DNA from: Eledone cirrhosa
Lineage: Eukaryota
Direction of reading: 5' to 3'
Assembly (NCBI GenBank): GCA_964016885.1
Contig: OZ024741.1
Location: forward strand, 5,580,001-5,644,000
DNA length: 64,000 bases
The position numbers were made by a program, and so were the translations under genes. Shown in pieces: positions 14,386 through 28,449 of this stretch (its first letter is position 1; the number at the start of each line of letters is the position of its first letter). A model generated the notes under the pieces. The model saw only the letters and a list, made by a program, of their open reading frames with translations. It had not been told where the DNA came from and searched no databases.

Positions 14386-17300
14386 CACTTGAGGTTATTA
14401 CAGTGGTCCAATTGAGGAGGTTATTACAGTGGTCCACTTGAGGTTATTACAGTGGTCCAATTGAGGAGGTTATTACAGTGGTCCACTTGAGGAGGCTATT
14501 ACAGTGGTCCACTTGAGGTTATTACAGTGGTCCACTTGAGGAGGTTAATACAGTGGTCCACTTGAGGTTATTACAGTGGTCCACTTGAGGAGGCTATAAC
14601 AGTGGTCCACTTGAGGAGGTTATTACAGTGGTCCACTTGAGGTTATTACAGTGGTCCACTTGTGGAGGCAATTACAGTGGTCCACTTGAGGTTATTACAG
14701 TGGTCCACTTGAGGAGGTTATTACAGTGGTCCACTTGAGGTTATTACAGTGGTCCAATTGAGGAGGCTATTACAGTGGTCCACTTGAGGTTATTACAGTG
14801 GTCCACTTGAGGAGGTTATTACAGTGGTCCACTTGAGGTTATTATAGTAGTCCACTTGAGGAGGCTATTACAGTGGTCCACTTGAGAAGGTTATTACAGT
14901 GGTCCACTTGAGGTTATTACAGTGGACCATTTGAGGAGGTTATTACAGTGGTCCAATTGAGGAGGTTATTACAGTGGTCCACTTGAGGTTATTACAGTGG
15001 TCCACTTGAGGAGGTTATTACAGTGGTCCACTTGAGGTTATTACAGTGTTCCACTTGAGGTGGTTACTACAGTGGTCCATTTGAGGAGGTTATTACAGTG
15101 GTCCACTTGAGGTTATTACAGTGGTCCACTTGAGGAGGCTATTACAGTGGTCCACTTAAGGTTATTAAAGTGGTCCACTTGAGGAGGTTATTACAGTGGC
15201 CCACTTGAGGAGGTTATTACAGTGGTCCACTTGAGGCTATTACAGTGGTCCACTTGAGGAGGCCATTACAGTGGTCCACTTGAGGTTATTACAGTGGTCC
15301 ACTTGAGGAGGTTATTACAGTGGTCCACTTGAGGTTATTACAGTGGTCCACTTGAGGAGGTTATTACAGTGGTCCAATTGAGAAGGGTATTACAGTGGTC
15401 CACTTGAGGAGGCTATTACAGTGGTCCACTTGAGAAGGTTATTACAGTGGCCCACTTGAGGTTATTACAGTGGTCCACTTGAGGATGTTTTTAGAGTTGT
15501 CCACTTGAGGAGGTTATTACAGTGGTCCAATTGAGAAGGTTATTACAGTGGTCCACTTTAGGTCATTCCAGTGGTCCACTTGAGGTGGTTATTACAGCGG
15601 TCCACTTGAGATTATTAAAGTAGTCCAATTGAGGTTATTACAGTGGTCCACTTGAGGTTATTACAGTGGTCCACTTGAGGTTATTACAGTGGTCCACTTG
15701 TAGAGGTTATTACAGTGGTGCACTTCAGGTTATTACAGTGGTCCACATGAGGATTTTATTACAGTGGTCCACTTGAGGTGGCTATTACAGTGGTCCACTT
15801 GAGGAGGTTATTACAGTGGTCCACTTGAGGTTATTACAGTGGTCCACTTGAGGTTATTACAGTGGTCCACTTGAGAAGGTTATTACAGTGGTCCACTTGA
15901 GGAGGTTATTACAGTGGTCCACTTGGGGAGGTTATTACAGTGGTCCACTTGAGGAGGCTATTACAGTGGTCCACTTGAGGTTATTACAGTGGTCCACTTG
16001 AGGAGGTTATTACAGTGGTCCACTTGAGGAGGTTATTACAGTGGTCCACTTGAGGAGGTTATTACAGTGGTCCACTTGAGGAGGCTATTACAGTGGTCCA
16101 CTTGAGGTTATTACAGTGGTCCACTTGAGGAGGTTATTACAGTGGTCCACTTGAGGAGGTTATTACAGTGGTCCACTTGAGGTTAATACAGTGGTCCACT
16201 TGAGGAGGTTATTACAGTGGTCCACTTGAGGATATTACAGTGGTCCATTTGAGGAGGTTATTACAGTGGTCCACTTGAGGAGGTTATTACAGTGGTCCAC
16301 TTGAGGTTATTACAGTGGTCCACTTGTAGAGGTTATTACAGTGGTGCACTTCAGGTTATTACAGTGGTCCACATGAGGATTTTATTACAGTGGTCCACTT
16401 GAGGTAGCTATTACAGTGGTCCACTTGAGGTGGTTATTACAGTGGTCCACTTTAGGTTATTACAGTGGTCCACCTGAGGTTATTACAGTGGTCCACTTGA
16501 GGAGGTTATTACAGTGGTCCACTTCAGGTTATTACAGTGGTGCACTTGAGGAGCCTATTACAGTGGTCCACTTGAGGTTATTAAAGTGGTCCACTTGAGG
16601 AGGTTATTACAGTGGTCCACTTGAGGTTATTACAGTGGTCCACGTGAGGAGGCTATTACAGTGGTCCACTTGAGGTGGCTATTACAGTGGAACACTTGAG
16701 GAGGCTATTACAGTGGTCCACTTGAGGTTATTACAGTGGTCCACTTGAGGAGGCTATTAAAGAGGTCCACTTGAGGTTATTACAGTGGTCTTCTTGATGT
16801 TATTACAGTGGTCCACTTGAAGTTATTACAGTGGTCCACTTGAGGAGGCTATTACAGAGGTCCACTTGAGATTATTACGGTGGTCCACTTGAGGAGGTTA
16901 TTACAGTGGTCCATTTAAGGAGGTTATTACAGTGGTCCACTTGAGGAGACTATTACAGTGGTCCACTTGAGGAGGTTATTACAGTGGTCCACTTGAGGAG
17001 GTTATTACAGTGGTCCACTTGAGGTTATTACAGTGGTCCAATTGAGAAGGTTATTACAGTGGTCCACTTGAGGAGGCTATTACAGTGGTCCACTTGAGGA
17101 GGTTATTACAGTGGTCCATTTGAGCTCATTACAGTGGTCCACTTGAGGAGGTTATTACAGTGGTCCACTTGAGGAGGTTATTACAGTGGTCCACTTGAGT
17201 TTATTACAGTGGTCCACTTGAGGAGGCTATTACAGTGGTCCACTTGAGTTTATTACAGTGGTCCACTTGAGGAGGCTATTACAGTGGTCCATTTGAGGTT

Positions 17301-20300
17301 ATTACAGTGGTCCACTTGAGGAGGTTATTACACTGGTCCACTTGAGGTTATTACAGTGGTCCACTTGAGGTTATTACAGTGGTCCACTTGAGGAGGCTAT
17401 TACAGTGGTCCACTTGAGGTTATTACAGTGAGCCACTTGGGGAGGTTATTACAGTGGTCCACTTGAGGTTATTACAGTGGTCCACTTGAGGTTATTACAG
17501 TGGTCCACTTGAGGAGGCTATTACAGTGGTCCACTTTAGGTTATTACAGTTGTCCACTTGAGGAAGCTATTACAGTGGTCCACTTGAGGAGGCTATTACA
17601 GTGGTCCACTTGAGGTTATTACAGTGGTCCACTTGAGGTTATTACAGTGGTCCACTTGAGGAGGCTATTACAGTGGTCCACTTGATGTTATTACAGTGGT
17701 CCACTTGTGGAGGTTATTACAGTGGTCCACTTGAGGTTATTACAGTGGTCGACTTGAGGTTATTACAGTGGTCCACTTGAGGGGGCTATTACAGTGGTCC
17801 ACTCGAGAAGGTTGTTACAGAGGTCCACTTGAGGTTATTACAGTGGTCCACTTGAGGAGTTTATTACAGTGGTCCACTTGAGGAGTTATTACAGTGGTCC
17901 ACTTGAGAAGGTTATTACAGTGGTCCACTTGAGGAGGTTATTACAGTGGTCCACTTGATGTTATTACAGTGGTCCACTTGAGGAGGCTATTACAGTGGTC
18001 CACTTGAGGAGGTTATTACAGTGGTCCACTTGAGGAGGCTATTACAGTGGTCTACTTGAGGTTATTACAGTGGTCCACTTGAGGGGGTTATTACAGTGGT
18101 CCACTTGAGGTTATTACAGTGGTCCACTTGAGGAGGTTATTACAGTGGTCCAATTGAGGAGGTTATTACAGTGGTCCACTTGAGGTTATTACAGTGGACC
18201 AATTGAGGAGGTTATTACAGTGGTCCGCTTAAGGAGATTATTACAGTGGTCCACTTGAGGTTATTACAGTGGTCCACTTGAGGAGGTTATTACAGTGGTC
18301 CACTTGATGTTATTACAGTGGTCCACTTGAGGAGGTTATTACAGTGGTCCGTTTGAGGAGGTTATTACAGTGGTCCACTTGAGGTTATTACAGTGGTCCA
18401 CTTGAGGAGGTTATTACAGTGGTCCAATTGAGGAGGTTATTACAGTGGTCCACTTGAGGAGGTTATTACAGTAGTCCACTTGAGGAGGTTATTACAGTGG
18501 TCCAGTTGAGGTTATTACAGTGGTACACTAGAGGTGGTTATTACAGTGGTCCACTTGAGGTTATTACAGTGGTCCACTTGAGGAGGTTATTACAGTGGTC
18601 CACTTGAGGTTATTACAGTGGTCCACTTGAGGAGGCTATTACAGTGGTCCACTTGAGGTTATTACAGTGGTCCTCTTGAGGAGGTTATTACAGTGGTCCA
18701 CTTGAGGTTATTACAGTGGTCCACTTGAGGAGGTTATTACAGTGGTCCACTTGAGGTTATTACAGTGGTCCACTTGAGGTTATTACAGTGGGCCACTAGA
18801 GGAGGTTATTACAGTGGTCCACTTGAGGTTATTACAGTGGTCCACTTGAGGAGGCTATTACAGTGGTCCACTTGAGGAGGTTATTACAGTGGTCCACTTG
18901 AGGAGGTTATTACAGTGGTCCAATTGAGAAGGTTATTACAGTGGTCCACTTGAGGTGGTTATTACAGTGGTCCACTTGAGGAGGCTATTACAGTGGTCCA
19001 CTTGAGGAGGTTATTACAGTGGTCCACTTGAGGTTATTACAGTGGTCCACTTGAGGTTATTATAGTGGTCCACTTGAGGAGGCTATTACAGTGGTCCACT
19101 TGAGGTTATTACAGTGGTCCACTTGAAGAGGCTATTAAAGTGGTCCACTTGAGGTTATTACAGTGATCCACTTGAGGAGGCTATTACAGTGGTCCACTTG
19201 AGGTTATTTCAGTGATCCACTTGAGGAGGTTATTACAGTGGTCCACTTGAGGTTATTACAGTGGTCCACTTGAGGTTATTACAGTGGTCCACTTGAGGGG
19301 ACTATTACAGTGGTCCACTTGAGAAGTTTATTACAGTGGTCCACTTGAGAAGGTTATTACAGTGGTCCCCTTGAGGTTATTACAGTGGTCCACTTGAGGT
19401 TATTACATTGGTCCACTTGAGGAGGTTATTACAGTGGTCCACTTGAGAAGGCTATTACAGTGGTCCACTTGAGAAGGTTATTACAGTGGTCCCTTTGAGG
19501 TTATTACAATGGTCCACTTGAGGTTATTACAGTGGTCCACTTGAGGAGGTTATTACAGTGGTCCACTTGAGGTTATTACAGTGTTCCACTTGAGGTGGTT
19601 ACTACAGTGGTCCACTTGAGGAGGTTATTACAGTGGTCCACTTGAGGTTATTACAGTGGTCCACTTGAGGAGGCTATTACAGTGGTCCACTTAAGGTTAT
19701 TACAGTGGTCCACTTGAGGAGGATATTACAATGGCCCACTTGAGGAGGTTATTACAGTGGTCCACTTGAGGCTATTACAGTGGTCCACTTGAGGAGGCCA
19801 TTACAGTGGTCCACTTAAGGTTATTACAGTGGTCCACTTGAGGAGGCTATTACAGCGGTCCACTTGAGGTTATTACAGTGGTCCACTTGAGGAGGTTATT
19901 ACAGTGGTCCACTTGAGGTTATTACAGTGGTCCACTTGAGGAGGCTATTACAGTGGTCCACTTGAGAAGGTTATTACAGTGGCCCACTTGAGGTTATTAC
20001 AGTGGTCCACTTGAGGTTACTACAGTGGTCCACTTGAGGAGGTTATTACAGTGGTCCACTTGAGGTTATTACAGTGGTCCACTTGAGGAGGTTATTACAG
20101 TGGTCCACTTGAGGTTATTACAGTGGTCCACTTGAGGAGGCTATTACAGCGGTCCACTTGAGGTTATTACAGTGGTCCACTTGAGGAGGTTATTACAGTG
20201 GTCCACTTGAGGTTATTACAGTGGTCCACTTGAGGAGGCTATTACAGTGGTCCACTTGAGAAGGTTATTACAGTGGCCCACTTGAGGTTATTACAGTGGT

Positions 20301-23300
20301 CCACTTGAGGTTATTACAGTGGTCCACTTGAGGAGGTTATTACAGTGGTCCACTTGAGGTTATTACAGTGGTCCACTTGAGGAGGCTATTACAGTGGTCC
20401 ACTTGAGGTTATTACAGTGGTCCACTTGAGGAGGTTATTACAGTGGTCCACTTGGGGAGGTTATTACAGTGGTCCACTTGAGGAGGCTATTACAGTGGTC
20501 CACTTGAGGTTATTACAGTGGTCCACTTGAGGAGGTTATTACAGTGGTCCACTTGAGGAGGCTATTACAGTGGTCCACTTGAGGTTATTACAGTGGTCCA
20601 CTTGAGGAGGTTATTACAGTGGTCCACTTGGGGAGGTTATTACAGTGGTCCACTTGAGGAGGCTATTACAGTGGTCCACTTGAGGTTATTACATTGGTCC
20701 ACTTGAGGAGGGTATTACAGTGGTCCACTTGGGGAGGTTATTACAGTGGTCAACTTGAGGAGGCTATTACAGTGGTCCACTTGAGGTTATTACAGTGGTC
20801 CACTTGATGAGGTTATTACAGTGGTCCACTTGAGGTTAATACAGTGGTCCACTTGAGGAGGTTATTACAGTGGTCCACTTGAGGTTATTACAGTTGTCCA
20901 TTTGAGGAGGTTATTACAGTGGTCCACTTGAGGAGGTTATTACAGTGGTCCACTTCAGGTTATCACAGTGGTCCACTTGTAGAGGTTATTACAGTGGTGC
21001 ACTTCAGGTTATTACAGTGGTCCACATGAGGATTTTATTACAGTGGTCCACTTGAGGTAGCTATTACAGTGGTCCACTTGAGGAGGTTATTACAGTGGTC
21101 CACTTTAGGTTATTACAGTGGTCCACCTGAGGTTATTACAGTGGTCCACTTGAGGAGGTTATTACAGTGGTCCACTTCAGGTTATTACAGTGGTGCACTT
21201 GAGGAGCCTATTACAGTGGTCCACTTGAGGTTATTAAAGTGGTCCACTTGAGGAGGTTATTACAGTGGTACATTTTAGGTGGCTATTACAGTGGTCCACT
21301 TGAGGAGGTTATTACAGTGGTCCACTTGAGGAGGTTATTACAGTGGTCCACTTGAGGTTATTACAGTGGTCCACGTGAGGACGCTATTACAGTGGGTGGT
21401 CCACTTGAGGTGGCTATTACAGTGGTCCACTTGAGGTTATTACAGTGGTCCAATTGAGAAGGTTATTACAGTGGTCCACTTGAGGAGGCTATTACAGTGG
21501 TCCACTTGAGGAGGTTATTACAGTGGTCCATTTGAGCTCATTACAGTGGTCCACTTGAGGAGGTTATTACAGTGGTCCACTTGAGGAGGTTATTACAGTG
21601 GTCCACTTGAAGTTATTACAGTGGTCCACGTGAGGAGGCTATTACAGTGGTCCACTTGAGGTGGCTATTACAGTGGTCCACTTGACGAGGTTATTACAGT
21701 AGTCCACTTGAGGAGGCTATTACAGTGGTCCACTTGAGGAGGCTATTACAGTGGTCCACTTGAGGTTATTACAGTGGTCCACTTGAGGAGGTTATTACAG
21801 TGGTCCACTTGAGGTTATTACAGTGTTCCACTTGAGGTGGTTACTACAGTGGTCCACTTGAGGAGGTTATTACAGTGGTCCACTTGAGGAGGCTATTACA
21901 GTGGTCCACTTGAGGTTATTTCAGTGATCCACTTGAGGAGGTTATTACAGTGGTCCACTTGAGGTTATTACAGTGGTCCACTTGAGGGGGTTATTACAGT
22001 GGTCCACTTGAGAAGGTTATTACAGTGGTCAAGTTGAGGTTATTACAGTGATCCCCTTGAGGAGGCTATTACAGTGGTCCACTTGAGGAGGTTATTACAG
22101 TGGTCCACTTGAGAAGGCTATTACAGTGGTCCACTTGAGAAGGTTATTACAGTGGTCCACTTGAGGTTATTACAGTGGACCATTTGAGGAGGTTATTACA
22201 GTGGTCCAATTGAGGAGGTTATTACAGTGGTCCACTTGAGGAGGTTATTACAGTGGTCCACTTGAGGTTATTACAGTGTTCCACTTGAGGTGGTTACTAC
22301 AGTGGTCCACTTGAGGAGGTTATTACAGTGGTCCACTTGAGGTTATTACAGTGGTCCACTTGAGGAGGCTATTACAGTGGTCCACTTAAGGTTATTAAAG
22401 TGGTCCACTTGAGGAGGTTATTACAGTGGCCCACTTGAGGAGGTTATTACAGTGGTCCACTTGAGGCTATTACAGTGGTCCACTTGAGGAGGCCATTACA
22501 GTGGTCCACTTGAGGTTATTACAGTGGTTCACTTGAGGAGGCTATTACAGCGGTCCACTTGAGGTTATTACAGTGGTCCACTTGAGGAGGTTATTACAGT
22601 GGTCCACTTGAGGTTATTACAGTGGTCCACTTGAGGAGGTTATTACAGTGGTCCAATTGAGAAGGGTATTACAGTGGTCCACTTGAGGAGGCTATTACAG
22701 TGGTCCACTTGAGAAGGTTATTACAGTGGCCCACTTGAGGTTATTACAGTGGTCCACTTGAGGATGTTTTTAGAGTTGTCCACTTGAGGAGGTTATTACA
22801 GTGGTCCAATTGAGAAGGTTATTACAGTGGTCCACTTGAGGTCATTACAGTGGTCCACTTGAGGTGGTTATTACAGCGGTCCACTTGAGGTTATTAAAGT
22901 AGTCCAATTGAGGTTATTACAGTGGTCCACTTGAGGTTCTTACAGTGGTCCACTTGAGGTTATTACAGTGGTCCACATGTAGAGGTTATTACAGTGGTGC
23001 ACTTCAGGTTATTACAGTGGTCCACATGAGGATTTTATTACAGTGGTCCACTTGAGGAGGTTATTACAGTGGTCCAGTTGAGGTTATTACAGTGGTACAC
23101 TAGAGGAGGTTATTACAGTGGTCCACTTGAGGTTATTACAGTGGTCCACTTGAGGAGGTTATTACAGTGGTCCACTTGAGGTTATTACAGTGGTCCACTT
23201 GAGGAGGCTATTACAGTGGACAACTTGAGGTTATTACAGTGGTCCACTTGAGGAGGTTATTACAGTGGTCCACTTGAGGTTATTACAGTGGTCCACTTGA

Positions 23301-23720
23301 GGAGGTTATTACAGTGGTCCAATTGAGGAGGTTATTACAGTGGTCCACTTGAGGTTATTACAGTGGGCCACTAGAGGAGGTTATTACAGTGGTCCACTTG
23401 AGGTTATTACAGTGGTCCACTTGAGGAGGCTATTACAGTGGTCCACTTGAGGAGGTTATTACAGTGGTCCACTTGAGGAGGTTATTACAGTAGTCCACTT
23501 GAGGTGGTTATTACAGTGGTCCACTTGAGGTGGTTATTACAGTGGTCCACTTGAGGAGGCTATTACAGTGGTCCACTTGAGGAGGTTATTACAGTGGTCC
23601 ACTTGAGGTTATTACAGTGGTCCACTTGAGGTTATTATAGTGGTTCACTTGAGGAGGCTATTACAGTGGTCCACTTGAGGTTATTACAGTGGTCCACTTG
23701 AGGAGGCTATTAAAGTGGTC
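14386..23720 (+). repeat. 9,335-bp tandem duplication, second unit
   Basis: Near-identical to 5051-14385. The junction falls within the shared CACTTGAGGTTATTACAGTG at 14386. Confidence 0.92.
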
Positions 23721-26039
23721 CACTTGAGGTTATTACAGTGATCCACTTGAGGAGGCTATTACAGTGGTCCACTTGAGGTTATTTCAGTGATCCACTTGAG
23801 GAGGTTATTACAGTGGTCCACTTGAGGTTATTACAGTGGTCCACTTGAGGTTATTACAGTGGTCCACTTGAGGGGGCTATTACAGTGGTCCACTTGAGAA
23901 GGTTATTACAGTGGTCAAGTTGAGGTTATTACAGTGGTCCCCTTGAGGAGGCTATTACAGTGGTCCACTTGAGAAGGCTATTACAGTGGTCCACTTGAGA
24001 AGGTTATTACAGTGGTCCACTTGAGGTTATTACAGTGGACCATTTGAGGAGGTTATTATAGTGCTCCACTTGAGGAGGTTATTACAGTGGTCCACTTGAG
24101 GAGGTTATTACAGTGGTCCACTTGAGGAGGTTATTACAGTGGTCCACTTGAGGAGGTTATTACAGTGGTCCACTTGAGGTGGCTATTACAGTGGTTCACT
24201 TGAGGTTATTACATTGGTCCAATTGAGGAGGTTATTACAGTGGTCCACTTGAGGTTATTACAGTGGTCCAATTGAGGAGGTTATTACAGTGGTCCACTTG
24301 AGGAGGCTATTACAGTGGTCCACTTGAGGTTATTACAGTGGTCCACTTGAGGAGGTTAATACAGTGGTCCACTTGAGTTTATTACAGTGGTCCACTTGAG
24401 GAGGCTATTACAGTGGTCCACTTGAGGAGGTTATTACAGTGGTCCACTTGAGGTTATTACAGTGGTCCACTTGTGGAGGCTATTACAGTGGTCCACTTGA
24501 GGTTATTACAGTGGTCCACTTGAGGAGGTTATTACAGTGGTCCACTTGAGGTTATTACAGTGGTCCACTTGAGGAGGCTATTACAGTGGTCCATTTGAGG
24601 TTATTACAGTGGTCCACTTGAGGAGGTTATTACAGTGGTCCACTTGAGGTTATTACAGTGGTCCACTTGAGGTTATTACAGTTGTCCACTTGATGTTATT
24701 ACAGTGGTCCACTTGAGGAGGCTATTACAGTGGTCCACTTGAGGTTATTACAGTGATCCACTTGAGGAGGTTATTACAGTGGTCCATTTGAGGTTATTAC
24801 AGTGATCCACTTGAGGTTATTACAGTGGTCCACTTGAGGAGGCTATTACAGTGGTCCACTTGAGGTTATTACAGTTGTCCACTTGAGGAAGCTATTACAG
24901 TGGTCCACTTGAGGTTATTACAGTGGTCCACTTGAGGAGGCTATTAGAGTGGTCCACTTGAGGTTATTACAGTGGTCCACTTCAGGTTATTACAGTGGTC
25001 CACTTGAGGAGGCTATTACAGTGGTCCACTTGATGTTATTACAGTGGTCCACTTGTGGAGGTTATTACAGTGGTCCACTTGAGGTTATTACAGTGGTCGA
25101 CTTGAGGTTATTACAGTGGTCCACTTGTGGAGGTTATTACAATGGTCCACTTGAGGAGGTTATTACAGTGGTCCACTTGAGGTTATTACAGTGGTCCACT
25201 TGAGGAGGTTATTACAGTGGTCCACTTGAGGTTATTACAGTGGTCCACTTGAGGATTTTATTACAGTGGTCCACTTGAGGTTATTACAATGGTCCACATG
25301 AGGATTTTATTACAGTGTTCCACTTGAGGAGGTTATTACAGTGGTCCACTTGAGGAGGTTATTACAGTGGTCCACTTGAGATTATTACAGTGGTCCACTT
25401 GAGGTTATTACAGTGGTCCACTTGAGGTGGCTATTAAAGTGGTCCACTTGTGGACGTTATTACAGTGGTCCACTTGAGGTTATTACAGTGGTCCACTTGA
25501 GGTGGCTATTACAGTGGTCCACTTGAGGAGGCTATTACAGTGGTCCACTTGAGGAGGTTATTACAGTGGTCCACTTGAGGAGGTTATTACAGTGGTCCAC
25601 TTGAGGTTATTACAGTGGTCCAATTGAGGAGGTTATTACAGTGGTCCACTTGAGGAGGTTATTACAGTGGTCCACTTGAGGTTATTACAGTGTTCCACTT
25701 GAGGTGGTTACTACAGTGGTCCACTTGAGGAGGTTATTACAGTGGTCCACTTGAGGTTATTACAGTGGTCCACTTGAGGAGGCTATTACAGTGGTCCACT
25801 TAAGGTTATTACAGTGGTCCACTTGAGGAGGTTATTACAGTGGCCCAGTTGAGGAGGTTATTACAGTGGTCCACTTGAGGCTATTACAGTGGTCCACTTG
25901 AGGAGGCCATTACAGTGGTCCACTTGAGGTTATTACAGTGGTCCACTTGAGGAGGCTATTACAGCGGTCCAATTGAGGTTATTACAGTGGTCCACTTGAG
26001 GAGGTTATTACAGTGGTCCACTTGAGGTTATTACAGTGG

Positions 26040-26345
26040 TCCACTTGAGGAGGCTATTACAGTGGTCCACTTGAGAAGGTTATTACAGTGGCCCACTTGA
26101 GGTTATTACAGTGGTCCACTTGAGGATGTTTTTAGAGTTGTCAACTTGAGGAGGTTATTACAGTGGTCCAATTGAGAAGGGTATTACAGTGGTCCACTTG
26201 AGGAGGCTATTACAGTGGTCCACTTGAGAAGGTCATTACAGTGGCCCACTTGAGGTTATTACAGTGGTCCACTTGAGGATGTTTTTAGAGTTGTCCACTT
26301 GAGGAGGTTATTACAGTGGTCCAATTGATAAGGTTATTACAGTGG
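26040..26345 (+). repeat. 153-bp (6-monomer) local tandem duplication, also at ~30125/30278, ~34535/34688, ~54643/54796 and ~58646/58799
   Basis: The divergent monomer GAGGATGTTTTTAGAGTTGTC occurs at 26122 and 26275. 153 = 5x26 + 23. Confidence 0.8.
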
Positions 26346-28449
26346 TCCACTTGAGGTCATTACAGTGGTCCACTTGAGGTGGTTATTACAGCGGTCCACT
26401 TGAGGTTATTAAAGTAGTCCAATTGAGGTTATTACAGTGGTCCACTTGAGGTTATTCCAGTGGTCCACTTGAGGAGGTTATTACAGTGGTCCACTTGAGG
26501 TTATTACAGTGGTCCACTTGAGGTTATTACAGTGGTCCACTTGTAGGGGTTATTACAGTGGTGCACTTCAGGTTATTACAGTGGTCCACATGAGGATTTT
26601 ATTACAGTGGTCCACTTGAGGTGGCTATTACAGTGGTCCACTTGAGGAGGTTATTACAGTGGTCCACTTGAGGTTATTACAGTGGTCCACTTGAGGTTAT
26701 TACAGTGGTCCACTTGAGAAGGTTATTACAGTGGTCCACTTGAGGAGGTTATTACAATGGTCCACTTGGGGAGGTTATTACAGTGGTCCTCTTGAGGAGG
26801 CTATTACAGTGGTCCACTTGAGGTTATTACAGTGGTCCACTTGAGGAGGTTATTACAGTGGTCCACTTGAGGAGGCTATTACAGTGGTCCACTTGAGGTT
26901 ATTACAGTGGTCCACTTGAGGAGGTTATTACAGTGGTCCACTTGAGGAGGTTATTACAGTGGTCCACTTGAGGTTAATACAGAGGTCCACTTGAGGAGGT
27001 TATTACAGTGGTCCACTTGAGGTTATTACAGTGGTCCATTTGAGGAGGTTATTACAGTGGTCCACTTGAGGAGGTTATTACAGTGGTCCACTTGAGGTTA
27101 TTACAGTGGTCCACTTGTAGAGGTTATTACAGTGGTGCACTTCAGGTTATTACAGTGGTCCACATGAGGATTTTATTACAGTGGTCCACTTGAGGTAGCT
27201 ATTACAGTGGTCCACTTGAGGAGGTTATTACAGTGGTCCACTTTAGGTTATTACAGTGGTCCACCTGAGGTTATTACAGTGGTCCACTTGAGGAGGTTAT
27301 TACAGTGGTCCACTTCAGGTTATTACAGTGGTGCACTTGAGGAGCCTATTACAGTGGTCCACTTGAGGTTATTAAAGTGGTCCACTTGAGGAGGTTATTA
27401 CAGTGGTACATTTTAGGTGGCTATTACAGTGGTCCACTTGAGGAGGTTATTACAGTGGTCCACTTGAGGAGGTTATTACAGTGGTCCACTTGAGGAGGTT
27501 ATTACAGTGGTCCACTTGAGGTTATTACAGTGGTCCACGTGAGGAGGCTATTACAGTGGTCCACTTGAGGTGGCTATTACAGTGGTCCACTTGACGAGGT
27601 TATTACGGTGGTCCACTTGAGGAGGCTATTACAGTGGTCCACTTGAGGAGGCTATTACAGAGGTCCACTTGAGGTGGCTATTACAGTGGTCCACTTGAGG
27701 TTATTACAGTGGTCCACTTGAGGAGGTTATTACAGTGGTCCACTTGAGGTTATTACAGTGGTCCACGTGAGGAGGCTATTACAGTGGTCCACTTGAGGAG
27801 GCTATTACAGTGGTCCACTTGAGGAGGCTATTACAGTGGTCCACTTGAGGTTATTACAGTGGTCCACTTGAGTAGGCTATTACAGAGGTCCACTTGAGGT
27901 TATTACAGTGGTCCACTTGAGGTTATTACAGTGGTCTTCTTGATGTTATTACAGTGGTCCACTTGAAGTTATTACAGTGGTCCACTTGAGGAGGCTATTA
28001 CAGAGGTCCACTTGAGATTATTACAGTGGTCCACTTGAGGAGGTTATTACAGTGGTCCACTTAAGGAGGTTATTACAGTGGTCCACTTGAGGAGACTATT
28101 ACAGTGGTTCACTTGAGGAGGTTATTACAGTGGTCCACTTGAGGAGGTTATTACAGTGGTCCACTTGAGGTTATTACAGTGGTCCAATTGAGGAGGTTAT
28201 TACAGTGGTCCACTTGAGGAGGCTATTACAGTGGTCCATTTGAGGTTATTACAGTGGTCCACTTGAGGAGGTTATTACAGTGGTCCACTTGAGGTTATTA
28301 CAGTGGTCCACTTGAGGTTATTACAGTTGTCCACTTGAGGTTATTACAGTGGTCCACTTGAGGAGGCTATTACAGTGGTCCACTTGAGGTTATTACAGTG
28401 ATCCACTTGAGGAGGTTATTACAGTGGTCCACTTGAGGTTATTACAGTG

